Below are positions 1 to 8,594 of a stretch of 64,000 nucleotides of DNA, piece by piece. Within the stretch, counting starts at the first letter, position 1; every line of letters starts with the position of its first letter. Location of the stretch: NCBI GenBank assembly GCA_030055575.1, contig JASFYL010000001.1, forward strand, positions 3,545 through 67,544, in the 5' to 3' direction. The DNA comes from Thermoproteota archaeon (GTDB lineage Archaea; Thermoproteota; Methanomethylicia; Methanomethylicales; Methanomethylicaceae). Under the pieces are notes generated by a model. It did not search any database, had not been told where the DNA came from, and worked only from the letters and a program-made list of their open reading frames with translations. The position numbers were made by a program, and so were the translations under genes.

Positions 1-1
1 A

Positions 2-682
2 AAGGAGCTTAGCAAGAAAAAGACCGTAATCGCATTTGTGGATGGGGACAGAGGAGGTGAACTGATCCTCCGCGAGCTCTTCCAAGTCGCTGATATCGAC
101 TATGTGGCGAGGGCCCCTCCTGGAAAGGAGGTAGAAGACCTTACTGGGAAGGAGCTAGCAAAATACTTGAGAGCTAAAATCCCTGCAGAGCAGTACCTTT
201 TGATGATGGGTGAAAAAAAGAAGGAGCAGCTGCAGGAGCAGGAGACAAAACCGAGGCATAAAGAAGAGGAAGCTGTTGCCGAAATACCGGAAACGAAAAA
301 ATATGAAGCACCCGAGAAGCCCGCGGAGAAGCCTGCTAAGAACGAAAAGCCTGCCGCTCTGACCTCGATCCCCGAATCGGACTTGGAAAAACTCCGCTTA
401 TTGGTAAAGGAGTTGCAGGGCAGCTTGGAGGCAGTCCTGACTGATGAAAAATGGGAGATCAAGCAAAAGGTTGCCGTGAGAGAGTTGGCAGAACTGCTTC
501 AGAGCTCGGAGTCGAAGACACACGCTGTGGTCTTCGATGGGGTAATCACACAAAGGCTTTTGGACATATCTAACAGCAAAGGGGTTAACTATCTGATCGG
601 AGCCAGAATTGGCAACATAGCTAAACGCCCGCAGAATATAAACATCATGGTCTTTGACGATCTCTTAAAAGAAGCTCCATGA
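2..682 (+). CDS. dnaG: Archaeal DnaG-like primase/exosome-associated protein, C-terminal part (truncated by window start)
   Basis: Frame open from base 2 (KELSKKKTVIAFVDGDRGGELIL, Toprim DxD); ARAPPGKEVEDLT; C-terminal VVFDGVITQRLLD. Confidence 0.9.
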   Translation, partial: KELSKKKTVIAFVDGDRGGELILRELFQVADIDYVARAPPGKEVEDLTGKELAKYLRAKIPAEQYLLMMGEKKKEQLQEQETKPRHKEEEAVAEIPETKKYEAPEKPAEKPAKNEKPAALTSIPESDLEKLRLLVKELQGSLEAVLTDEKWEIKQKVAVRELAELLQSSESKTHAVVFDGVITQRLLDISNSKGVNYLIGARIGNIAKRPQNINIMVFDDLLKEAP

Positions 683-1109
683 CTTCTGCACACTCTCCAT
701 CTTGATAATATCTTTCAACTTCCCCTTTCTTTTTAAAACCAAACTTCTCGTATAGTGACTTCGCCTCGAGATTCGACTTTCTAACTTCGAGTACCGCCCT
801 CCACATGCTTTTGCTCCAGAACCTTCTCAAAATTGTGCCTAGAAGCGCGCTACCTGCTCCTTTCCTCCTTGCCTTCTTCTTGACGGCTATCGAGACTATA
901 TGCCCAGTTCCGTCCTCTTTGAAAATTCCAATCGCATATCCTATTATGGTGCCTTCCGCCTCTGCGACCAGTACACAACCCGGCATGAAAAAGAATGCTT
1001 TCAGGAGGCCCTTTGGATACGCGTCAGGGAACGTCTCCAACTCTATTGCATATATGAGATCCAAATCATTAAGCCTGGCGTCCCGTATATTTAACTCGGA
1101 GATAGACAT
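645..1109 (-). CDS. RimI/Ard1-like GNAT N-acetyltransferase
   Basis: GHIVSIAV, acetyl-CoA loop RRKGAGSALL, LEVRKSN, YYQDGE; likely ATG at 1109. Confidence 0.85.
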   Translation of the reverse strand: MSISELNIRDARLNDLDLIYAIELETFPDAYPKGLLKAFFFMPGCVLVAEAEGTIIGYAIGIFKEDGTGHIVSIAVKKKARRKGAGSALLGTILRRFWSKSMWRAVLEVRKSNLEAKSLYEKFGFKKKGEVERYYQDGECAEVMELLLRDRQRP

Positions 1110-1161
1110 AACACAACAAAAAGAGTCACACTGATTGATATTGCTAATGGGAGGTTGTTTA

Positions 1162-2232
1162 TTGCGCATAATCGAAGCTGACAAGAAAAGGGGGTATGTC
1201 GAAGTAGAGATAGAAGATCAGGACGATCTTTGGCACTTGTACAACATAGTTGATAGAGGGGATCGGATCTGCGGGTACACTACGCGCGAAATCAAGGTAT
1301 CGCGGGGGGACTCTGAGGAGCGGGTGGGGAGGAGGAGGGTTTTTCTATGCGTTGTGGTGGAAGAGACTGGATTCCAAAGCTTCACAGGAAAACTGAGAAT
1401 AAGAGGGAGGGTAGTCTCAGCCCCAGAAGATGTAGAAGCCATTGGCTCCTACCATTCCTTCTCCGTTGGTCCTAAGGACAGAATTGGCATAACGAAAGAG
1501 AAATGGCTTACATTCCATGAGGAGCGACTTGAACTTGCAGCAACAAAATCGAGGCCAAAGGTAGTGGTCATTACGCTTGATGACCAGGAGGCTTTCATCC
1601 ACATAGTCAAGGATTATGAAGTGAAAGAGGTCGTTTCTCTGTCCTCAAATATGCCCGGTAAGTACATAGAAACTTCGGACAGAACCTCGGTTAGAGCCAA
1701 ATACTTTTCTTCAATAGAAGACGAGCTCCTCAGGACGATCAAGGGAGAACCTTACAGTGTGGTGGTTGCTGGACCAGGCTTCACTAAAAATGAATTGACT
1801 AAATATCTCAAGGAGCGGCACCGAACACTCAGCATCGCCGAAGAATCAACAGCGTCGATTGGGGAACCGGGGGTTCTGGAGGTCATTAATAGGGGTGCAA
1901 TTTCAAGGATCTTAAAGGACACCTCGATGGTGCGCGACTCTGAGCTCGTTGATGAAATGCTAATGAGGCTCTCTCGCACACCTCAATTGGTCGCATACGG
2001 CATCTCCGAAGTTAAAAAGGCTGTCAATTCTGGAGCTGTAGAGAAGCTCCTCGTTTCGGAGAGGATGATGAAAAACCTCCCGTCTGAAGAGAAAAGAGGC
2101 GTCGAGGAGCTCTGTAAGATTGTGGAAAAGTACGGAGGCAAGGCTTATTTTGTGGGGGGAGAGCACGAGAAAGGAAAGCAGCTTTTCAATGTGGGGGGGA
2201 TAGCAGCGCTCCTCCGCTTCCGGATCGGTTAG
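1162..2232 (+). CDS. pelA: Pelota (Dom34) ribosome rescue factor
   Basis: EDQDDLWHLYNIV, LRIRGRVV, GPGFTK, GGIAALLRF; TTG start at 1162 after GGAGGT. Confidence 0.95.
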   Translation: MRIIEADKKRGYVEVEIEDQDDLWHLYNIVDRGDRICGYTTREIKVSRGDSEERVGRRRVFLCVVVEETGFQSFTGKLRIRGRVVSAPEDVEAIGSYHSFSVGPKDRIGITKEKWLTFHEERLELAATKSRPKVVVITLDDQEAFIHIVKDYEVKEVVSLSSNMPGKYIETSDRTSVRAKYFSSIEDELLRTIKGEPYSVVVAGPGFTKNELTKYLKERHRTLSIAEESTASIGEPGVLEVINRGAISRILKDTSMVRDSELVDEMLMRLSRTPQLVAYGISEVKKAVNSGAVEKLLVSERMMKNLPSEEKRGVEELCKIVEKYGGKAYFVGGEHEKGKQLFNVGGIAALLRFRIG

Positions 2233-3257
2233 CAGGGAGAAGAAAAAAATTTTTCCCTCGAAAAAGTTGGGTACGTTTGCACGTACTCAAATTTGGCATC
2301 CGCTAGAGCACCCTTGGCTACTTCAAGCATCTTTCTATGCAGCTCGATCGCCTTATCGTTGTCAGATATTCCAATCGCGAATATGGGTATCCCGAGCTGC
2401 TGAGCGATTTTCTTTCTCAGCTCCCTTGGAGGAGCCGCCAAACTAGTTATTATGACCTTCCCAAGTAAGCCGTCCTCCAATATCTCTTCGTGCGGCCTGG
2501 CCACATTTTTACTCCTCCTGATAATCCTCTTTCTGGTCTGAATCGCGTCCTTGACTTGGCTCCGACAGTAATGTATTGGTAGCCTGATCCCTTCGCTAGC
2601 TGCCCAATTGATTAGCTTCATCGCAGCCTCCTCGCTCCCCCTAACTGCCGATATCCCCCCCTTTTCTAGATCGAACCCTCTCTGTTTCATCTGTAGCGCA
2701 TTCCCAGGGGAGAACTCGAGCTGATTGAGGTTAAGAAAGTCTGCCCCGATCTGGTCCAGAAACTCGATGAACGCCTTCACCTTCTTCTCTTCCCCTGGAA
2801 TTGATGGGAGCTCGGCTCCGGCGCAAAGCCCGACCTGCTTTGCCACTGCAATTCTGTCCCACAGTGCGCTTGTTGGATGAAACCTTATCTCATCAAGCCC
2901 TGCTTCCTTGAGTTCGAGCAGGACATCTCTGCCTGCGAATCTGCCGCTCGTGTACAGGTGTATGTGATGTTCTTTGCCGAACTCTCGCTTTAGTAGTCTA
3001 ATGTATTTTAGCGTTCTTTTAACCTTCATCAGGGGGTCCCCCCCGGTTATGCCTGTGCCTTCAGCGTCAATAGCCCTGCATTCTAAGATTACATCCAGCG
3101 GTTCCCTTACCTTGACTTCGTCTGCGAATACCACATCCTTCCCTTTTCTCTCCTTGCTTAGCGGACAGTAAAAGCAGTTCTTCTCACAAATGCCAGTTAT
3201 GAAAAGTACCATCTTCCCCCCATTGAGGCAGAGTCTGCATCCTTCTGGCAAGTTCAT
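2229..3257 (-). CDS. Radical SAM protein (uncharacterised archaeal family)
   Basis: LPEGCRLC, CEKNCFYC (CxxxCxxC), GITGGDP, LDEIRFHP; start trimmed to MNLPEG. Confidence 0.85.
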   Translation of the reverse strand: MNLPEGCRLCLNGGKMVLFITGICEKNCFYCPLSKERKGKDVVFADEVKVREPLDVILECRAIDAEGTGITGGDPLMKVKRTLKYIRLLKREFGKEHHIHLYTSGRFAGRDVLLELKEAGLDEIRFHPTSALWDRIAVAKQVGLCAGAELPSIPGEEKKVKAFIEFLDQIGADFLNLNQLEFSPGNALQMKQRGFDLEKGGISAVRGSEEAAMKLINWAASEGIRLPIHYCRSQVKDAIQTRKRIIRRSKNVARPHEEILEDGLLGKVIITSLAAPPRELRKKIAQQLGIPIFAIGISDNDKAIELHRKMLEVAKGALADAKFEYVQTYPTFSREKFFSSPC

Positions 3258-3331
3258 AATCACAATAAAGAGGCTGTCGGAAAATATTAACTCTGTGTGC
3301 TCTTTCTGGTCAAATTTTAGACGTCGGTCGT

Positions 3332-3682
3332 TCAGAGGAGGAGCTCCGAAACTATCGCCATCATTACCGCTCCAATCATTAACTTCTTCCCAGTATATCG
3401 GGAAATGCCAGAAGCCCACATGACGAAGCCTGCGAGTCCGATCACGAAATAAACTGTTTTTATGGCATATTTCATAAACTCTAACATTGCCCAGGATAGC
3501 CATTCCAGATTAGTCTCAAAAAATTTTATCCACCCTCCGATCGCTTCTTGAAACCTCTCTTGGATGTCTTCATCTGGAATGTTTTCCCCTTTGACCTCGC
3601 CAACTATGTATGCCCCCACAGTAAGGATTGCCATGATCGTTAAAGAAGCCAGTATCGAGCGATCCAAATCCATTCCCGTCAT
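3332..3682 (-). CDS. Small membrane protein with signal peptide and C-terminal two-helix hairpin
   Basis: 116 aa; N-terminal hydrophobic segment and two C-terminal hydrophobic helices around SRYTGKK; fills the intergenic space. Confidence 0.7.
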   Translation of the reverse strand: MTGMDLDRSILASLTIMAILTVGAYIVGEVKGENIPDEDIQERFQEAIGGWIKFFETNLEWLSWAMLEFMKYAIKTVYFVIGLAGFVMWASGISRYTGKKLMIGAVMMAIVSELLL

Positions 3683-3781
3683 GTAGGCACAATATTTAAC
3701 ATCAAAGACTAATCTGAGTCACATTGCGGTTTTCCATAAGCACCTTTGACGTAAATCTTTTCTACATCGTTGTTTGTTAGC

Positions 3782-4498
3782 TCAGCCTTTTGACCGTTGT
3801 TGAATGAGCCTCCTGAGGCTTGGGTCGCTGGAGAGGCGTTCGTTCAATACTCCCTCGAAGGTCTCATCGTCAGAAAGGTGTCTTTTGAAGAAAATTCCTG
3901 TCCTGCCCACATTATCCCTTCTTCTTAGGACCCTTACTCTCTCCAACACGGTTTCTAGATGAACTCCGACAGTTTTCGCCGCCTCCGCCTCGTAGGAAAG
4001 AACCGACCTTTCCAAGTGACCTTGTTCAGTAGGTATTATCAGCATAAGCCTTTTGTCTATGCCTGGGACTCTCTTCCCCATTGAGATTTCAGAATGGTCC
4101 AACTCTCCACCAAACCTGTAAAATTCCCTCTCCTTTCCCCTCATTGGGATCAATGGGAAGGTGACCTTAAGCGTCGGATCGAGGTATATTGTTGCCTTTA
4201 ATGTATGGACTGGCGTGGCCTGCGTCAGTTCTCTCGCCTCAAAACGGAACCCGCCCCTCATAATCGCTTCTTCAACTCTGAAAGAATCAATGGTTTCAGG
4301 GATTACTATGTCAATATCGCTCTTTTCATTGACATCTCCCCTAGCCAAGCTCCCGTAGACTCTACTTTCTATCCCATCCGCACTTAATGCTTCAATAACC
4401 TCTAAAGCCCTCCTCCTCAGCGAATTCAAGAGATCCCAATGCTCTTTGGAATACACTACATCTTTTGCCTCGTAAGGCGGAGCCACTTTCTTTGCCAC
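3782..4498 (-). CDS. Pol-beta superfamily nucleotidyltransferase
   Basis: YGSLARGDVNEKSDIDI motif. Confidence 0.85.
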   Translation of the reverse strand: MAKKVAPPYEAKDVVYSKEHWDLLNSLRRRALEVIEALSADGIESRVYGSLARGDVNEKSDIDIVIPETIDSFRVEEAIMRGGFRFEARELTQATPVHTLKATIYLDPTLKVTFPLIPMRGKEREFYRFGGELDHSEISMGKRVPGIDKRLMLIIPTEQGHLERSVLSYEAEAAKTVGVHLETVLERVRVLRRRDNVGRTGIFFKRHLSDDETFEGVLNERLSSDPSLRRLIQQRSKG

Positions 4499-4570
4499 GG
4501 GTCGCTACCCTCTGCGCCCTTGCTGTTAAATATGACCCGAGTTATCTCGCAATGTTCCTGGGATGCGAAT

Positions 4571-4882
4571 TTAATCTACGTTTGAACTTATCCATTCTAG
4601 GTAACTTTCTAATCCGTCGAAGATTTCCAGGGCAATTATTTCAGGGACCTCATAGCTGTGTAGTTCCACCACTCTCTTTTTGATTTTATCGAAAGATTCC
4701 TTCTTTGTCTTTACTAGCAACATCGCCTCTTCGCCAACCTCGACTTTTTCATTCCACCTGTATATTGACTTGACCGAAGGGATTATGTTTACACAGGCAG
4801 CCAATTTTTCCTCGACAAGGCGTTTGGCTATTGTTTCGGCCTCTTTTGCATTTCCGACAGTTATAATAGAGACAATGCTCAT
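4571..4882 (-). CDS. cutA: CutA divalent-cation tolerance protein
   Basis: LAACVN, SIYRW, HSYEVPEIIAL. Confidence 0.95.
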   Translation of the reverse strand: MSIVSIITVGNAKEAETIAKRLVEEKLAACVNIIPSVKSIYRWNEKVEVGEEAMLLVKTKKESFDKIKKRVVELHSYEVPEIIALEIFDGLESYLEWISSNVD

Positions 4883-4940
4883 CGACTATCCCCGAAGATA
4901 ACTTTCGGAACTGGTTTAATTACTCTTGGGGGAAGCGTAG

Positions 4941-6110
4941 GTGGAATCCTGGACGATATTTTTGGCAATATTGCTCGCTCTATGGTCTCTTATCTTGCTC
5001 AGTAAGCAGTTTATGCCAAAAAGCTTTGAAGTGCACCCATTCTTGATCATGTGGAGGACTACCAGATTCAACTCGCTGATAGACCGGATCGGAAGGCGGC
5101 TAAGCCCGTTTTGGAGGGTTTTCTGGACGCTCGGATCCGCAATCTCTGTAGGAGCGATGGTCTACATCACGTACATACTCGGCAGGAACCTATTCTACAT
5201 ATTCTTCCAGACCGAGTCCGCTTCCCCAGTCTCTCCACTAATACCCGGGATCACGCTCTCACTCAATTTCAACACGCTGTTCTTCTTTGGAGTTTCGCTA
5301 GCAATAATCATTGTCTTCCACGAATTTTCGCATGGGGTGGCTGCGAGGGCAGAAAATGTAGGTATTAAGAGTACTGGATTGTTGCTGTTGGCAGTTATTC
5401 CCGGTGCCTTCGTTGAGCCAGACGAAGAGGATCTGAAAAAGGCCAAGCGTTCTACACAGGCGAGGGTATTTAGTGCTGGTTCAACCTGCAACATTTTGAT
5501 GGGCATTCTGGCGCTGTTTCTCCTGACCAACTCTGGTATTGTCCTAGCGCCACTTTACCATACAGAACCCAGTGGTATCCAAATAACCGAGATTGTTCCT
5601 GGTTCTCCTGCAGACGGGATTCTGAGGAATTGGGATATAATAAAGAGCATAAATGGCTTCCCAGTAAACGACTCCGTGTCTTTGTCTTCTGTCCTCTCCA
5701 TGATCCCTCCAAACTCCACGGTTCCGTTTGTATTGTCTAGGGAGGGATCAGAAATCATGATCAATTTTACGCTGGGACAATCCCCTACAAGAAACTCGTC
5801 CTACATAGGGATAAACTCCTTCTCCTACTACGAACCTAGAGCGCCATTCATCCCGCCGATGGGCTCCTTCTACATACTTGGGCTACTCTCTTGGTTTTAC
5901 CTGCTCTCGATTAATATCGGTCTCATCAACATGATGCCCGTAGTAGCATTAGACGGGGACAAGCTTGCCACGATAATAATCAACTCGATCTTCCGGAATG
6001 AAAAGAGAGCATCACAGGCGACTAACATACTGCGGTGGTCATGCCTCCTCATATTGTTGCTCAATATCTCGATGAGTTTCGTACTCTTCCCTTCCTTCAA
6101 ATTCGGCTGA
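4941..6110 (+). CDS. Site-2 (M50) intramembrane metalloprotease with PDZ domain
   Basis: HEFSH, GAFVEPD, PGSPA PDZ segment, NMMPVVALDG. Confidence 0.92.
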   Translation: MESWTIFLAILLALWSLILLSKQFMPKSFEVHPFLIMWRTTRFNSLIDRIGRRLSPFWRVFWTLGSAISVGAMVYITYILGRNLFYIFFQTESASPVSPLIPGITLSLNFNTLFFFGVSLAIIIVFHEFSHGVAARAENVGIKSTGLLLLAVIPGAFVEPDEEDLKKAKRSTQARVFSAGSTCNILMGILALFLLTNSGIVLAPLYHTEPSGIQITEIVPGSPADGILRNWDIIKSINGFPVNDSVSLSSVLSMIPPNSTVPFVLSREGSEIMINFTLGQSPTRNSSYIGINSFSYYEPRAPFIPPMGSFYILGLLSWFYLLSINIGLINMMPVVALDGDKLATIIINSIFRNEKRASQATNILRWSCLLILLLNISMSFVLFPSFKFG

Positions 6111-6127
6111 TGAAGGGATGATCTGGT

Positions 6128-7066
6128 TTGCAAGACAACAAATGCCGTTGCGGAAGGGAACCCTTCTATTTCAGAAGGCAATCTGGAGAGGTACTGTGCA
6201 AGCGTTGCTTTTCAAAAGGGATCGAGCGGATCGTCTACAAGACTGTTAAGAGGGAGAAGCTCTTCTCTCCAGAAGATCGGATAATGATTGCGCTTTCGGG
6301 AGGCAAAGACAGTATAGCCCTCGCGCACATCCTATCTAAGATCGAAAAGTCCTATGGTACAGATGTCTTCGCTGTTACAATCGACGAGGGAGTTCGGGGG
6401 TATAGAGAGGAGGGTGTAGCAATAGCTAGTGATGTCGCCTCAAGGCTGCAGATTGAACACCACGTATTTACATTCAAAGAGGCTTATGGTTACACTCTCG
6501 AGGAGATCTGCGAAATAGCAAAAATGAAGGGTATCCAACTGCTGGGATGCAGTTTTTGTGGCATATTGAGAAGGCGCCTCATAAACCGCTTGGCGCTGAA
6601 ACTCGGGGCTACGAAGGTTGCAACGGGTCATAATCTAGACGACGAGGCTCAAACATTCTTGATAAATGTGTTCAGGGGAGATGTGGAGCGCATAGGCAGG
6701 TCGAGAACTAAACCTTTGGTAGCAAGAGAGGGATTTATACCGAGGGTAAAGCCCCTCAGGTACGTTCCAGAAAAGGAGATCGCCATTTATGTCTACGCAA
6801 AGGGGTACCCTCTATACCAAAGGGAGTGCCCTTATGTGAGGTTCTCTTTGAGGGACGAGATCAGAGATGTCCTGAACCGGGTGGAGGAGAACCATCCTGG
6901 CACAAAGCATTCTATTGTAAATGTATCTGACTCGCTGTCAAAGCTTCTTGAAGAACGACTGGTATCGTCGAAGATAGAGCGATGCAAAGTATGCGGGGAT
7001 CCATCCAGCAGAAAGGTCTGTAGGACATGCGAGGTATTTTCCTTGTTGGGTCTACATGAGTCCTAA
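6128..7066 (+). CDS. TtuA/Ncs6-family tRNA 2-thiolation enzyme
   Basis: PP-loop SGGKDS, CSFCGILRR, TGHNLDD, CPY, terminal Zn fingers. Confidence 0.92.
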   Translation: MQDNKCRCGREPFYFRRQSGEVLCKRCFSKGIERIVYKTVKREKLFSPEDRIMIALSGGKDSIALAHILSKIEKSYGTDVFAVTIDEGVRGYREEGVAIASDVASRLQIEHHVFTFKEAYGYTLEEICEIAKMKGIQLLGCSFCGILRRRLINRLALKLGATKVATGHNLDDEAQTFLINVFRGDVERIGRSRTKPLVAREGFIPRVKPLRYVPEKEIAIYVYAKGYPLYQRECPYVRFSLRDEIRDVLNRVEENHPGTKHSIVNVSDSLSKLLEERLVSSKIERCKVCGDPSSRKVCRTCEVFSLLGLHES

Positions 7067-7114
7067 ACCTGATCTTTGCGATATCCTGATAAACCCCCTT
7101 TCGAATGAATCAAG

Positions 7115-7437
7115 TGGTGCGGTAGGAAGGGTCGGAGGGCTCGGCCTCCTCTGCTCTACAAACGGTCGTAAAGGTAGGACCAGCAACTCTGGGAGGCGGC
7201 AGAACCGGCAGCATCGCCAATGGATGAACGGCGTAGAAGTCTCGCCCTGTGGGGGCGTTGGAGCATTCAAGGGCCGTCCGTAGGGGCGGCTCTTCTGCTT
7301 GCTGGGCGAAACGGGTTAGGCCCGGAAGGGAGCGGCCCTAAGTCTAGACAGCGCCGTTCACAGGAGAACGGGATGGATGCTGGACATTCAGAGGTGCTGC
7401 TGTTAGGTCTGCCCACTCTCGGGGGGCTACCGCACCA
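7115..7437 (+). ncRNA. ffs: Archaeal SRP (7S) RNA
   Basis: Termini TGGTGCGGTAG/CTACCGCACCA pair (helix 1); helix 6 GGGCCGTCC-GTAG-GGGCGGCTC; helix 8 TTAGGCCCGGAAGGGAGCGGCCCTAA; about 320 nt. Confidence 0.93.
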
Positions 7438-7443
7438 TTTCCA

Positions 7444-7459
7444 AATAAAAATATTTAAC
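7444..7459 (+). promoter_or_regulatory. BRE/TATA-like promoter of tRNA-Ser
   Basis: A-rich run followed by TATTTAAC about 27-34 nt upstream of the tRNA. Confidence 0.55.
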
Positions 7460-7485
7460 TGACTGTTGACCCTTTTGCTTTGGAA

Positions 7486-7574
7486 GCCTGGGTTGCCTAG
7501 CCTGGTAAGGCGATGGCTTGCTAAGCCATTGTCTGGCAACAGACTCGTGGGTTCAAATCCCACCCCAGGCGCCA
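7486..7574 (+). tRNA. tRNA-Ser(GCT), CCA encoded
   Basis: Acceptor GCCTGGG/CCCAGGC; anticodon arm ATGGC-TTGCTAA-GCCAT; long variable arm; GTTCAAATC. Confidence 0.96.
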
Positions 7575-8045
7575 TTGTTCCCAACCTGCAGGATTCGTTT
7601 CTTTTCTTTGGTGTCAATGAACTTTTCGCAATATGGACATCTCATAACCTTTAACAACATCCACACTGATTGCGTTTCATGGGCTCAGTGTCGAACATCA
7701 GTTTGTATTTTTATTTTCATTGCTCGTTTGAGTTTGCTCTGAAAGTTTCTTGATGATGCCTATTAATCCCTCCGTCTTGTGAATTCCATATCAAAGAATC
7801 TACTATACAAAATCTGATTCGGCATGTAAGATAGACCAACTAAACTACGTTTCATGACTATGCTTTTACTATACTGATGTTTGATGCAATGCTTTTTTCA
7901 AGAGATGATTCTTTTTTGCAATATTTTGGAGATGGCTTTGTCATGCTACTGAGCAGCATTTTTTATGATTTCTTCGCCATAGGTATGTATGGTTGAATTT
8001 CAGCGATATGTATAATAGCCGCCTGCCAATCCTTTTTTACTTCAA

Positions 8046-8120
8046 GGGGCTGTAGGCTAGCTTGGTCTAGACTGCGAGGCTTGGGCCCTCGTGACCCCGG
8101 TTCAAATCCGGGCAGCCCCA
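8046..8120 (+). tRNA. tRNA-Pro(TGG)
   Basis: Acceptor GGGGCTG/CAGCCCC; anticodon arm CGAGG-CTTGGGC-CCTCG; GGTTCAAATCC. Confidence 0.96.
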
Positions 8121-8173
8121 CTGTAAATCAAGATTAAATTTTTCATGAGAAAAATGAATGACTTATATAGCGT

Positions 8174-8593
8174 CTAGCAGCTCTTGAGCTTATTTAACCT
8201 GTCCTGCTTTTCCGACGCTAGCTTTGCAAATGTCTTCTTAACGTTGGGCAAAAAGCCAAGTTTCTCCATGCTGTCCTCATAGAACTTCTTTGCTTTGCTC
8301 TCGATCTCCACGGCCTTGCGCAGGTTTGCGCTCTCATCTGGAGCGACGTCCTTATCTGTTTTGTAATTGTCGCTGTCGATGCCGGTGATCGCCTCAAGTA
8401 TCATCTCCTGCATCTCCATGCGTCTGGTTCTATCTATCATTTGTTTGTTCTTCTTGGAAGCATTAGAGAGCTCAGAGAAAAGTTTCTGACGCTCGGAGGA
8501 CGCCCTCTTGGCTGCCTCCTCGTAAAAATTAGCGGCTGCATCCTCGAGCTCTGATGCGAACTTGAGGATGGCTCCGAACGTCCCTAGTTGCAT
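8174..8593 (-). CDS. Ferritin-like/rubrerythrin-fold protein with degenerate metal ligands
   Basis: Repeated A.E.E....FYE helices; His of ExxH not evident. Confidence 0.7.
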   Translation of the reverse strand: MQLGTFGAILKFASELEDAAANFYEEAAKRASSERQKLFSELSNASKKNKQMIDRTRRMEMQEMILEAITGIDSDNYKTDKDVAPDESANLRKAVEIESKAKKFYEDSMEKLGFLPNVKKTFAKLASEKQDRLNKLKSC

Positions 8594-8594
8594 C

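Noticed and set aside
300-360. EKPA-type repeats in dnaG
   Set aside because: Low-complexity linker usual for archaeal DnaG, not a DNA repeat element
7115-7437. RNase P RNA as an alternative identity
   Set aside because: No GAGGAAAGTCC or AACAGAA P4 motifs, while SRP helices 6 and 8 are clear
7052-7742. Several ORFs of 62-116 aa around the SRP RNA and tRNA-Ser
   Set aside because: Shadow frames over structured RNA genes with no protein motifs
7750-7817. TGATGA...CTGA candidate C/D box sRNA
   Set aside because: No convincing internal D'/C' boxes or terminal stem, and chance occurrence is likely in AT-rich DNA
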